This document shows positions 33,687-43,148 of a stretch of 64,000 bases of DNA, one piece after another; the first letter of the stretch is position 1; the number at the start of each line of letters is the position of its first letter. The notes beneath the pieces were generated by a model. The model worked only from the letters and a program-made list of their open reading frames with translations, was not told where the DNA came from and ran no database searches. The DNA is from an uncultured virus (IMG/VR IMGVR_UViG_3300035454_002149) (Duplodnaviria > Heunggongvirae > Uroviricota > Caudoviricetes). The DNA lies in the IMG/VR virus record IMGVR_UViG_3300035454_002149. One strand, written 5' to 3'. A program made the position numbers and the translations under genes.

Positions 33687-34127
33687 TTACCGCTTTTTAC
33701 GACCACCGTTATGGAACAATTGGGTCTCATCCAGCACGCGGAAAACTATACCTGCACGTTTGCACCATGCCTGTGCTGCTGCCCACTTGGCATGATTGAT
33801 GGCCACAACCATCTTGTCACGCTCATTACGTGCTTCTTGCATGTTTGTCTGTTTCTTGGGTTTGATCTCGATGATCTCTGTGCAGATCTTGTTGTTCTTG
33901 GTGCGATATCTCATGAAGATATCCGGAACATAACTAGTGACTTTGCCCGTGATAGGATGCAGATACTTGATGCTGATGGCTTCGCTGGCCCATTCCAATA
34001 CCGCTTCGTTGTTGTCGCAAAACTGGAAGAATGCCCATTCCCAGCCAGAACGATATCTGGGATATCCTTTGCCCACGTACTTTTTAGGATTCACGGGTTT
34101 ATAGACACCTTGCGCGAAATTGGCCAT
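33687..34127 (-). CDS. gp4: Head completion protein (TnsA-like PD-(D/E)xK nuclease)
   Basis: NPKKYVG; YRSGWE; WASE; YVPD; IEIKP; N.AKW.AA. Confidence 0.88.
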   Translation of the reverse strand: MANFAQGVYKPVNPKKYVGKGYPRYRSGWEWAFFQFCDNNEAVLEWASEAISIKYLHPITGKVTSYVPDIFMRYRTKNNKICTEIIEIKPKKQTNMQEARNERDKMVVAINHAKWAAAQAWCKRAGIVFRVLDETQLFHNGGRKKR

Positions 34128-34486
34128 TATGGTAAGATGTTACGTGCGGTATAATAATTGGGAGTCACGGTAGCATTGACTCCCAGCAAAGTAGCAGGGC
34201 TGCGGAGACCGTTGAGATAATAAGCCAAGGTCGCTGTCAACTGTATGGAATCTTGACCTTGTATGTTGGCCAACAAGGTCAGAACAGATGTGCGTGTTTC
34301 ATCGGCTACACGGAACAGAGTGGTGGTAAAATTCTGTGCGATCTGATTGTCTTTGAACACTGACTGGAAATAACTGTTGACCGCATCATATTCATCAGCG
34401 GGTACCGTGATATCAAATTCGTAGAACGTGTCAAAAACACGCACGGTCAGATCAACATTGGGATTAAGAGTATTGACTGAGCTCAT
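34127..34486 (-). CDS. Hypothetical structural-region protein
   Basis: 119 aa, overlapping both neighbours. Confidence 0.7.
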   Translation of the reverse strand: MSSVNTLNPNVDLTVRVFDTFYEFDITVPADEYDAVNSYFQSVFKDNQIAQNFTTTLFRVADETRTSVLTLLANIQGQDSIQLTATLAYYLNGLRSPATLLGVNATVTPNYYTARNILP

Positions 34487-35643
34487 TTCTTAGGTGGAGT
34501 AGGGAAAATAGGTGCTTGTAATCTAGTAGCCACGCCTTGTAACGCGCCGGGCTGACCATTGGGCTGGGGTCTGACCTGTCCGGGTATGGTGTTGCGCAGA
34601 ACATCTTTGACTGCGAGATTGGCTTCTTCCTTGACTACGGATTGTAAATCTTTGCCTTTGAAAGTGTTGTAGGCCGTTCCGGCTTTTTGTACTGCACCAA
34701 TGATGCCAGCCACAGATCCTTGTTGCAAGTCTTGTATGATACCAATGCCTGTGTCTAATATACCACCTTGACCTAACACGCTGGCTGTACCGCCTGGACG
34801 GTTCAATGGGCTCTTGACTTGATCGTAGTACTGCGGGTTGGCGAACCCCGTGACATTGGTATCGGGTCTGACTGCGCCAATATCACCACTGTAGTATTTT
34901 ACGGTCTCATATTGGATGGTCATGTTGTTTTCCATCACACCATCGCCTTGGCTGTAGTCATAAGTGTCATGGCTCCAATCAGTGATCATAGGGTTGATCA
35001 ATGTATAACCAACGAACTTGTGTTGATTGAATCCATAGATGGTAATGTCGTTGAAGAACGCGGGTTTGCCACCGGGATTCAATGGATTCTGTGGAGTGTC
35101 TTGATAGGCTTCACCAATGTAACCCCAGTCGTTGACTGCACGTTCTCCGGCGTAGATATCTCTGGTGTTGTAACCAAATCCATTGGGACGGTTGGCATCT
35201 AACCCCAAAGTACCTGCTTGCCCGGATCGTCCAAGGTATGATTGGTTGGGATCTTTGTAGTAATAAGCGTAATAATTGTACCAAAGATTCCGCACAAGAT
35301 CGCCACCATCGTCGTGGAAGGCCACACGCACTGGTTGATAGTTGATCTTTTTCTGTACCAGGCGTTTGCGATTGTATTGATTCATTGTGTCTACATCAAT
35401 CTGGTACTTGGGAAGATCTACGGTCTTGACCAACATACCAATAGTGCTGGAGTCTGTACCTTGGAAGATGTTTCTTAACGCAGGAATACCAGTGGTGTTG
35501 AGATTGAAATACACATGGAAAAGAAATTTGAGGCGAGGAGCGTTCTCGTAGCCATTGCTACGGAACGTCTTGCTCGCGTGGGTATAATCTTTGAGGTAGT
35601 CGTTCCCAAAGAAAGTCTTGAGAAAATCCTGCCCAAAGGCCAT
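34483..35643 (-). CDS. Tail-tube-fold protein (gp48/gp54-like tube initiator or second tube protein)
   Basis: VKTVDLP...NQYNRKR...YQPVRVAFHDD...LINPMIT...MTIQYE tube-like pattern; follows the tube gene. Confidence 0.6.
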   Translation of the reverse strand: MAFGQDFLKTFFGNDYLKDYTHASKTFRSNGYENAPRLKFLFHVYFNLNTTGIPALRNIFQGTDSSTIGMLVKTVDLPKYQIDVDTMNQYNRKRLVQKKINYQPVRVAFHDDGGDLVRNLWYNYYAYYYKDPNQSYLGRSGQAGTLGLDANRPNGFGYNTRDIYAGERAVNDWGYIGEAYQDTPQNPLNPGGKPAFFNDITIYGFNQHKFVGYTLINPMITDWSHDTYDYSQGDGVMENNMTIQYETVKYYSGDIGAVRPDTNVTGFANPQYYDQVKSPLNRPGGTASVLGQGGILDTGIGIIQDLQQGSVAGIIGAVQKAGTAYNTFKGKDLQSVVKEEANLAVKDVLRNTIPGQVRPQPNGQPGALQGVATRLQAPIFPTPPKK

Positions 35644-35650
35644 GGCAGGA

Positions 35651-36268
35651 TTATCCTGTTGCTACGTCGCCGACTGTCCGCGCAACCTGTGCACCAACAC
35701 CGGAACCCAATGGGGTCTGGACGGCATTGTCAAAACGCACAGTCAATGCGATAGTTACTGGCTCGCTGCTACCGTAGTTTAGATCGTTGTAGTTGGCTGC
35801 AGCCAAATAGCAACCATACAATTCCCAAGTTTCGAGAACTGTAGGTTGGCTGGCGCCATTGCCACCGTCGAGGATCTCGCAGCGTGTGACAAATTTGTAA
35901 TCGATGCCGGATGCGGCAGATGCCTGCTCCATGAAGTCCAACTGCTTCTGCAATTGTTCTCCAACAAGGCGTGCCACTTGGCCCGACGCATCATCGCGAA
36001 GGTTCACAGTGACAGATTCCCAAGCATGTTTGCCAGCAAGGTAAATCCGGCTGTTATAAATCTCGATAGGAATCTCATCAAAAGTCAGCGATGGGCGTGT
36101 AAAGTCCATGACTTGTTTCGTGAGTTCAGTGCGAGGTGTGGACACACCAAAGTTTTCAAACACCACTCGGAAGCGGTACTTGAGTTTGGGCATGAGCAGG
36201 CCTTGTGTTGGGTTGCTCTGATCGCTCGCCAAAGGCACCGTCATTCTGGTAAGTGATGAAACGGCCAT
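35651..36268 (-). CDS. gp19: Tail tube protein
   Basis: PKLKYRFRV; RPSLTF; YLAGKHAWE; WELYGC; LNYGSSEPVTIALTVRFDNA; follows the sheath gene; AGGAG RBS. Confidence 0.88.
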   Translation of the reverse strand: MAVSSLTRMTVPLASDQSNPTQGLLMPKLKYRFRVVFENFGVSTPRTELTKQVMDFTRPSLTFDEIPIEIYNSRIYLAGKHAWESVTVNLRDDASGQVARLVGEQLQKQLDFMEQASAASGIDYKFVTRCEILDGGNGASQPTVLETWELYGCYLAAANYNDLNYGSSEPVTIALTVRFDNAVQTPLGSGVGAQVARTVGDVATG

Positions 36269-36310
36269 GTTGTATCTCCTATATGCAATTATTTATGGTC
36301 GGCGAGACCA

Positions 36311-36340
36311 AAAAAAATGGGGGCCAAAACCCCCATTTTC
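36311..36340 (-). terminator. Rho-independent terminator after the sheath gene
   Basis: AAAATGGGGG-TTTTGG-CCCCCATTTT followed by a T-run on the minus strand. Confidence 0.8.
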
Positions 36341-36356
36341 GTGTCTAGCGGTGTCG

Positions 36357-39300
36357 TTAGACGGCACTTGACGGTGCTACCTGTCCGGAGGCGATTTCGC
36401 CGGTGTTCTTGATACGTACCGGAATATAGATAAACTCAACTGATTTCACAGGCTCGATAGCGATATCAACCCATAACTCATTGCGATCGATACGTGCTGG
36501 TGTGTTGTTGCTCTCATCGCAGACGATCAAGTAATCGTAGATGCCACGTTTGGCGATCAAGTCGATCATCAACGAGTCGATGGCGTTGGTAATCTCATTG
36601 CGTGTGATCTGATCGTTGGGTTCAAACACGAATGTCTTGCCAATCTCGTTGAGACGTCCGCGGATAAATGCGATCAAACGTGCTACGTTGATACGATTTA
36701 ATGCGCTGTTGACCGCATACTCGGTCTTGTTACCGTAGTTGGTAATACCCACACCTGGAATAAAGGTGATTGGGTTGATACGGTTCTGGTATAATGTATC
36801 GCGAAGACCTTGCCCTGTAGCGATTGGTGTGAATTCACCGGTCTGACCGTTGATGTAGCCGATACGTTCAGCATTGTCGATTACACCACGGCGCACACCG
36901 GCTGGTGCCAACCAAGGAAATGCCACTTCATCGTTACGGATGATAGTGCGCACCATCATGTGGCTGGCAGGCTGTACCACCTGGCTGCCGCTGAGATCCG
37001 TGGTCTGGCAGCTGGGATAGAACGTTGCCAAGTAAGGATCACCAGTGACCAACCCTGTTTCGCTGTCTGTGCTAGCCAATTCAGTATTGTTTGCCCAGGT
37101 AGTAATAGCTGTGCCTTCTGGGGCCAAACGCAATGGGGTATCTCCAACAACAAAGCCGGTATTGCTGCGCTCGTTGTTAAGTGCTACCATATTGACAATC
37201 AGTTCTGGATATTGCGGGCAAGCTAGGAGATTGAATTCTACTTGCTCTTCGCGTAATGTATCTTGTGTGTCAATGGCTTGTTTCAGTGCCTGTACAACGA
37301 TCTGGCGCACTGCCTGACGACCCATGTATGGTGAACCATCGTTACGGTTTCCAGATACTGTAAGCCATGTGTTGGTGGCCAGCGGAGTCCAGAAAGCGGT
37401 ATTTGTAGGAGCGTTACCAGTGCTGGTAGCAGTACATACGTAAACTACGCTGTTAAACAACACACGGTCATTGACATTATAAGTCTGCACTGCCGAGTAA
37501 GCATCAAACGCAAAATCTGTTCCGTTGAAATAATTAACTTGGAAAGACTTCACATTGAATCCACTACGGCGTGTGTTCCACAACAAAGTTCCTGTTGGAT
37601 AAAGTGTTGCGTCGGGAGCATCGACGTCGGTATAGGAGCTGGTCAACAGGCTCTGGATCGTTGGGAACGGATCCATCGCTGGATCTGTGGTGCCGTTGGA
37701 TGCCCAACGTGCGTCAGCAAACAAGATACCATTCTCTGTGGTCTGATCGCTGTTGTCTAATGTTACCCACTGATTGACACCGTTGACAGTCTGCCAACGA
37801 TTGACTGCAGGATAAAGTTCTAGGTTGCTGGTATCGATCCAAAGGTCGCCCAGCACCAATGGTGTGCCGTCTGACTGCTCGGTAGGAACCGAAGCTGATA
37901 CGATAGGACCGGTTGGATTAGTCTGTGTAAGGTTGTAGCCACGGACATCGTTGTTGACAGTCTGATATCCGGACCACCCGTTGCCGTTTTGGATCATGAT
38001 ATCCACTTGATCTGTGGCTGAATAATACCATTTACGTCCATCTGCTGGATCCTGATCAGGTTCAAGGTCAGATGCTGTGTAATCCAAAGCCACCCAATTT
38101 GAAATTATCAATTCACCAATGGTGGCACCATCACGGACGCCGATCACTGTGTTGTTGAATCCAGCATCACTGATCGCGGTTCCTGCACCAACTTCAGAAA
38201 CAACGATCTCGCCGCCTGCGGAATGTGTGAAAGCGATGGCCCCACTGCTGGTCACGATGGCCGAAACATACTGCACGTTGGCCGCAGAAACTGCTGCAAC
38301 GAAGGCTGCTGGCGTGGTTCCATTGACTGTGGCTGTGACCACTGTGCTCAGTGTGTCGCTGTTGGGCACAGATGCTTGGATGGTAAATTGGTTACCACTG
38401 GTAAATGATGGAGTAGTATCGGCACCGGCCACTACAGTAGCGCCAGATGCCAGTCGCTCAAATACTTTGAGAGTAAATGTATTGTTAATAGCTGACTCTG
38501 GATCGGTATTGTATTGAACATATGTTGAGCCGGCCACAATGTTTTTGCCGCCGCCTGATGGATCCAATGCTTTGTTAGCTGCTGCATCGTTGGCGTAGAT
38601 TGGAACAGGTTGGGAAACAAAAGCACCAATGGCTGCGCTGTATTTTTTGACAATGACATCAGCACCCTGGTTCACTGCTGTGGTCATGTTCCATACCGAA
38701 CCTGTGGGATGGCCACCGTTGGTATCAGAAGTTCTCCAACGAGGTACTGTATAGTTGGGACTCTGCTGCAGGGCAGGAGCAGTATAGAAACCGCTGGTGA
38801 TGCCCAATGCGCTCAACAAACCAGCTGTGCTTGAAGCTTCAACATTGATGATACCGCCGTTGGCTGTGGAACCGTCGTTAGTAGCTGCGCTGTCTGCAAA
38901 CAATTGCAAACGGCTGCTGGAATCAACAGCGGCTGTCACCCCCGGAATACCAGCAGAATTGATCGCTGCGGCCAATTGTGCTACTGTGGCGCCAGAAACG
39001 GTTACAGGTGCTTCACCGTTGATGACCAAGTTACCTGTGAGCACAGAACCAGAAACACTCTCTGATCCCTGTACTGCAGGCCACGAATTCTTCCAATCAT
39101 CTGTGCCTACTAGTACCCAGTTGTTGCTGGAGTTTTTGTAATAAACAGGGTTATTGGCATTGGTTGCGACCACGGCGTATGCCCCGATGCTGCCTAAATC
39201 TTGGCTAGGCACACCACCTGTGAGATCGTTGGTGTCCGTGATGATGATCGGGGTCTGTATGCTGAATGCACCTGTAGTGCGATTCCACTGGAAAATGCCC

Positions 39301-39731
39301 CAGGATGTCGAACCGGTATCAAGCCAGTATGTTCCATCGGCAGGAGCACCTGTGGGACGCACCAAGCTAGCGGTGAGTTCTGCTAGATCTACGTCAGCAC
39401 GTTGTATATAAGCACGGTTTGATACACCCAAGGCCGAGTATGCTGCCAGCAATCCGTATTCGTTAAGCTCGTAGCCATTGATGGGCGTACCAGCGGATGT
39501 TTTGTAGAAGAAAGGATTACCAAATGTTGCTGCCAGATCTCGCTGGCTGGTGATTAAATAAACTTTACCGGCGTTGGAGGCCAGTGTTCCAGCTGCTACT
39601 CCAACTCCGGTACCGGAGATCTTGTTCTGTGCGGTGGCGATCAGGAAGTAAGGAACCGAATTTGTCGCTGCAGGGATATAATTCGATTCATCGATGATAG
39701 ATACTTCTACGCCGGGTGATATTAGTGCCAT
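36357..39731 (-). CDS. gp18: Contractile tail sheath protein with large insertions
   Basis: SPGVEVSIIDES; FGNP; PWLAPAGVRRG; RDTLYQNRINPI; RINVARL; FEPND; IEPVKSVEFIYI. Confidence 0.93.
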   Translation of the reverse strand: MALISPGVEVSIIDESNYIPAATNSVPYFLIATAQNKISGTGVGVAAGTLASNAGKVYLITSQRDLAATFGNPFFYKTSAGTPINGYELNEYGLLAAYSALGVSNRAYIQRADVDLAELTASLVRPTGAPADGTYWLDTGSTSWGIFQWNRTTGAFSIQTPIIITDTNDLTGGVPSQDLGSIGAYAVVATNANNPVYYKNSSNNWVLVGTDDWKNSWPAVQGSESVSGSVLTGNLVINGEAPVTVSGATVAQLAAAINSAGIPGVTAAVDSSSRLQLFADSAATNDGSTANGGIINVEASSTAGLLSALGITSGFYTAPALQQSPNYTVPRWRTSDTNGGHPTGSVWNMTTAVNQGADVIVKKYSAAIGAFVSQPVPIYANDAAANKALDPSGGGKNIVAGSTYVQYNTDPESAINNTFTLKVFERLASGATVVAGADTTPSFTSGNQFTIQASVPNSDTLSTVVTATVNGTTPAAFVAAVSAANVQYVSAIVTSSGAIAFTHSAGGEIVVSEVGAGTAISDAGFNNTVIGVRDGATIGELIISNWVALDYTASDLEPDQDPADGRKWYYSATDQVDIMIQNGNGWSGYQTVNNDVRGYNLTQTNPTGPIVSASVPTEQSDGTPLVLGDLWIDTSNLELYPAVNRWQTVNGVNQWVTLDNSDQTTENGILFADARWASNGTTDPAMDPFPTIQSLLTSSYTDVDAPDATLYPTGTLLWNTRRSGFNVKSFQVNYFNGTDFAFDAYSAVQTYNVNDRVLFNSVVYVCTATSTGNAPTNTAFWTPLATNTWLTVSGNRNDGSPYMGRQAVRQIVVQALKQAIDTQDTLREEQVEFNLLACPQYPELIVNMVALNNERSNTGFVVGDTPLRLAPEGTAITTWANNTELASTDSETGLVTGDPYLATFYPSCQTTDLSGSQVVQPASHMMVRTIIRNDEVAFPWLAPAGVRRGVIDNAERIGYINGQTGEFTPIATGQGLRDTLYQNRINPITFIPGVGITNYGNKTEYAVNSALNRINVARLIAFIRGRLNEIGKTFVFEPNDQITRNEITNAIDSLMIDLIAKRGIYDYLIVCDESNNTPARIDRNELWVDIAIEPVKSVEFIYIPVRIKNTGEIASGQVAPSSAV

Positions 39732-39831
39732 GGTTTTGCATCCTTATAAATGGTTATCAATATTTATTGGATGTGCCAAAAACCAGGCGTTTACAGGTGC
39801 CTTAATTTAAGGCCTGCCGCTAAATACCGCT

Positions 39832-40176
39832 ATGCGCCCTTTATGCAAATCTTGCGGTCGATCTCCGGCGGCGATCAATGGATATCACAACGAAAAAATC
39901 TACTATCGCAGTCGATGTAACAGTTGCATCCGCAAAGCTCGCAAACTCAAGCCCGCGGTACCTAGATGGCAGAGTGCCGGATATAAAAAGAAAACCGCAT
40001 GCGATCGCTGCGGTTATCGTGCCAAACATCACAGCCAGTTACTGGTGTATCATGTCAACGGGAACCTCAACGACTGTGAGCTACGCAATCTAAAAACTAT
40101 CTGCTTGAACTGCTCGGCCTTGATCATGCGGCAAGATTTGCCTTGGCAGCGCGGAGATCTTGAACCAGATCATTGA
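39832..40176 (+). CDS. Zn-finger/HNH-like small protein
   Basis: Several CxxC pairs and VYHVNGN..N.KTICLNC; GCTAAATA at 39819-39826. Confidence 0.7.
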   Translation: MRPLCKSCGRSPAAINGYHNEKIYYRSRCNSCIRKARKLKPAVPRWQSAGYKKKTACDRCGYRAKHHSQLLVYHVNGNLNDCELRNLKTICLNCSALIMRQDLPWQRGDLEPDH

Positions 40177-40768
40177 TCTGCGCATAGAGTTCGTCTAAAG
40201 TACCGTTGTTGTCTATCACCCGATCAAAATCCGTACCAATCCAGGAAGTTTCGCTGGCGTGTATGCCAAAGCTCAGTAGGGATTGGGCGGCAAATTCTGT
40301 ACCGAGATTGGCTTGTTCTGCGATAGAATACCACTGGGGCTCAGGCCCGCGCATCACACGTATGACATGACCGCCTTGCGCCCGTATGGACTTGATTTCA
40401 TTGGGGAAACGGCAGTCCGAAATCACTACATCGTCCTTGGCTGTTCTCAGTTTATTTTCTAAACTAGCGATCCATATGTCATCGTGGAATCCATTGCGAC
40501 AAACCTCTGTGCCCCAGTATTGCAAGATATAGCGCGGAGTGATGGTCATTCCTAAGCGTTGGCTCCACCATTCATCGGGCTGCTCTCGCCACTCTCTGCT
40601 GCTTTTTGTGCGACCCTCCAACATGGTACGATCCCAACCAAACACGGCTGCACAGGCATCTTTCAACGTGGCTGCAAAGCTATCCCGCCGGAACTCATGT
40701 ATATTGACTAGATAGTCTGCTATGGTGTCTTTGCCCGAACCAATAAGCCCGCATACTCCAATGATCAT
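40124..40768 (-). CDS. gp1: Deoxynucleoside monophosphate kinase
   Basis: GLIGSGKDT P-loop; SFAATLKD; PRYILQYWGTEVCR; ISDCRFPNE; HASE; IDNNGT. Confidence 0.9.
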   Translation of the reverse strand: MIIGVCGLIGSGKDTIADYLVNIHEFRRDSFAATLKDACAAVFGWDRTMLEGRTKSSREWREQPDEWWSQRLGMTITPRYILQYWGTEVCRNGFHDDIWIASLENKLRTAKDDVVISDCRFPNEIKSIRAQGGHVIRVMRGPEPQWYSIAEQANLGTEFAAQSLLSFGIHASETSWIGTDFDRVIDNNGTLDELYAQINDLVQDLRAAKANLAA

Positions 40769-41505
40769 TTGAGATATCCTTCTATGTGTGGTTTTATTAT
40801 TTCATTAAAAAACAATTCTTGTGCCTTAGGAGTAGGATGGAAATTATCTTCTTGTAACATATTGCGCGATTTTGCAAATTCGTACAAACAATCCTTGTTC
40901 TCGTTGACCCAAATCCAATGATTGCCAAGATTAGACAGCAAAGGATCATCGCCGTCATAATATCCTATACTAAAATCTAGATTGGGACTATACCAATCTT
41001 TTGGCTGATTCCAGTAATTTACATAGCTCATGAATTTATACCGATATCCGCAATTTTCCAAAAAATTTTTTAATGAACACATCTGGAAAAGAGTATTTGA
41101 TGCCAGCGCTTTGTAATCCGTTGCTTTGTACAACGACGAAAATAATGGTTTGAGAACAGGGGGCCAGAGTCCGCCGATTCCAGTACTACAAACATAATGA
41201 GTGTCTTGATTGTGTTCTTTATTGATCCATCCTTCTAATAAATTGTAATAATCTTTAGAAATATTAAAATCAAATCGAGTCACTCCGGTCCACATGACCA
41301 TGATCAGTGTTTCTTGAGGGTCGGGTTTTTCCTTCAAAAGATATTTCATCATTGAATCTGCGATGTAATTGTTGCCGGCTCCGGATCTCCCATGGTTGAC
41401 ATAATTTACTTCCGGAATTGTATTTCTTAGGTACGCAGACCAATTGAGATAACCCACTGGGGTCTGTGTGAAACTGCAACCACTGACCACGAGATTTTTT
41501 ATCAT
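40765..41505 (-). CDS. SGNH/GDSL-like hypothetical protein
   Basis: VSGCSFT, GAGN, WT...R and D.FHP motifs; AT-rich. Confidence 0.6.
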   Translation of the reverse strand: MIKNLVVSGCSFTQTPVGYLNWSAYLRNTIPEVNYVNHGRSGAGNNYIADSMMKYLLKEKPDPQETLIMVMWTGVTRFDFNISKDYYNLLEGWINKEHNQDTHYVCSTGIGGLWPPVLKPLFSSLYKATDYKALASNTLFQMCSLKNFLENCGYRYKFMSYVNYWNQPKDWYSPNLDFSIGYYDGDDPLLSNLGNHWIWVNENKDCLYEFAKSRNMLQEDNFHPTPKAQELFFNEIIKPHIEGYLK

Positions 41506-42032
41506 TTTAGCTCTCGTATCTTGAGATATTCAAGGCTGTCCCACAAGAGATCAATCTGTCTGCGGCAATCTTCAAGCGCATGGTGACTGGCTGGATATTT
41601 GTTGAGATTAGGACAAAGGCTGTAAACCGTACGGGCGTCTCGCACATTGTAGTATTGCCAGGGCAGCACGATGTTGTAACTCTTGTAGGCGTGTTCCAGG
41701 ATGTTCATGTCAAACGTGGGGCCATTGGCCCAGACTCGTTTGCATTGCCATGTGAGCCGGTGTAGTTCTTCCAAGGCTTGTTTTAATGGAATTCGACCTT
41801 CGGGGCCGAATGCTTCCTCCTGGGCTTCCCGGGGTTGGGTGGCCCACCATTCTATGGTACCTTGGCTGATGTTGCGATCAGGCTGGCTGTCGGGATCTAC
41901 CCGGGCATAGTACAAGCGATCGCTGTACTCGGCGGTACGTTGTAAGGGATCAAATGTTTGGGCCGCGATGGTCAGGATGCAGGCATCCACGCCAGTTCCA
42001 CAGGTTTCGATATCAATCATTATATCAGCCAT
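41502..42032 (-). CDS. DEDDh 3'-5' exonuclease
   Basis: MIDIET; WWATQ; WANGPTFD; RDART; HHALED. Confidence 0.85.
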   Translation of the reverse strand: MADIMIDIETCGTGVDACILTIAAQTFDPLQRTAEYSDRLYYARVDPDSQPDRNISQGTIEWWATQPREAQEEAFGPEGRIPLKQALEELHRLTWQCKRVWANGPTFDMNILEHAYKSYNIVLPWQYYNVRDARTVYSLCPNLNKYPASHHALEDCRRQIDLLWDSLEYLKIRELK

Positions 42033-42038
42033 GCTGAT

Positions 42039-42047
42039 ATTTTAACA
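42039..42047 (-). promoter_or_regulatory. Extended -10 promoter candidate for the exonuclease/kinase operon
   Basis: TGTTAAAAT, 6 nt upstream of ATG 42032. Confidence 0.45.
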
Positions 42048-42064
42048 GATATTTTATGATAGTT

Positions 42065-42343
42065 CTATCGGTATTTGTTCAATCGAGCAGATAACTTGCT
42101 CAAAGGATTGATTTTTTTGGTCCGTTTGGTACGGCGTGCTTGCCTTATCTTGGTGCGGGCCCGGGTCTTTTTCATTCTCTGGGCTTGAGCGAAATCTGGT
42201 GCTTTGCCGCAATCATTGATATCGGGCACTGTGCGATTGGCCCGGGGGCCGGTTTCGCAGCGCCATTGCAAGGTGACTTTACCTGTGCGGACATTACGCT
42301 TGAATACCAGTCGATGTTCTGTGACGAATTCGTGTGCTCGCAT
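42065..42343 (-). CDS. Small basic protein (MRAHEFVTE N-terminus)
   Basis: TGATG overlap with the gp13 stop; Arg/Lys-rich with two Cys. Confidence 0.7.
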   Translation of the reverse strand: MRAHEFVTEHRLVFKRNVRTGKVTLQWRCETGPRANRTVPDINDCGKAPDFAQAQRMKKTRARTKIRQARRTKRTKKINPLSKLSARLNKYR

Positions 42344-43125
42344 CAGCCTATTACCAAAGTCAGCGGTTGCGACCCATCTACATAGAGCTTGAGATCTTCT
42401 ATGCAACGATCCATCATTGCCTGGCCTTCGCTTTTCATGGCTGCGCCGTTTAATGTACCGCCACCTTGGGGACCGGCTATGGTAGCGAACTTTTCACGTG
42501 CCTCACCAATGATGTATTTGCAGGCACCAACCATGTGATCACGGAACCACTGGCTGATCTGAAAATCGCTCAGCAGCGTGATTTCGGGTTTGAGATTGTA
42601 GGTCCAGAGCAGGACTACCTCCCCGGATCCTTTGGGATCGCGGATGAGTTGCAGTCGTTTGGTCACGGGATTGAATGTGTAGTTGATATAACCGCCAAAC
42701 ATACGAGCGGCCAATTCCACATATTGCTGATAAAAATCATAGGTAGCCAACCCACCCGATGCCTGATTCCAGTTCAGCAGATATACGTTGAGAGTGGCTG
42801 CACCAAACGGATCAAAACTCGAAGATGCACCCGCATTGCCAATGCCGATGGTACGACGGAAAATCTGGCGAACGGTCACTACTTCTTGTGGCAAGGTATA
42901 CTCGTTGACGTTGTCCTCGAGTTCCATAAAACTGTAGGATTCCTCGTAGGCATTTTGTGCCCGCTGGCGATACACCCCCAACGTGCGCTGATACGCCGCT
43001 TCGTAATGTGCTGGATCGGGTTCAATGTCAATGATACCATCGCCCAACTGTAGCTGACAGTATTCGATCAACTGTTTTTTAAGCTGGTTTAGGGTCTCGT
43101 TTAGGTTGCTTTGTGCGTCTGCCAT
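42343..43125 (-). CDS. gp13: Neck protein
   Basis: QLQLGDGIIDIE; GEAREKF; GPQGGGTLNG; C-terminal P...IG. Confidence 0.8.
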   Translation of the reverse strand: MADAQSNLNETLNQLKKQLIEYCQLQLGDGIIDIEPDPAHYEAAYQRTLGVYRQRAQNAYEESYSFMELEDNVNEYTLPQEVVTVRQIFRRTIGIGNAGASSSFDPFGAATLNVYLLNWNQASGGLATYDFYQQYVELAARMFGGYINYTFNPVTKRLQLIRDPKGSGEVVLLWTYNLKPEITLLSDFQISQWFRDHMVGACKYIIGEAREKFATIAGPQGGGTLNGAAMKSEGQAMMDRCIEDLKLYVDGSQPLTLVIG

Positions 43126-43148
43126 ACTGGGGCTCCTTGCCCCAGTAT

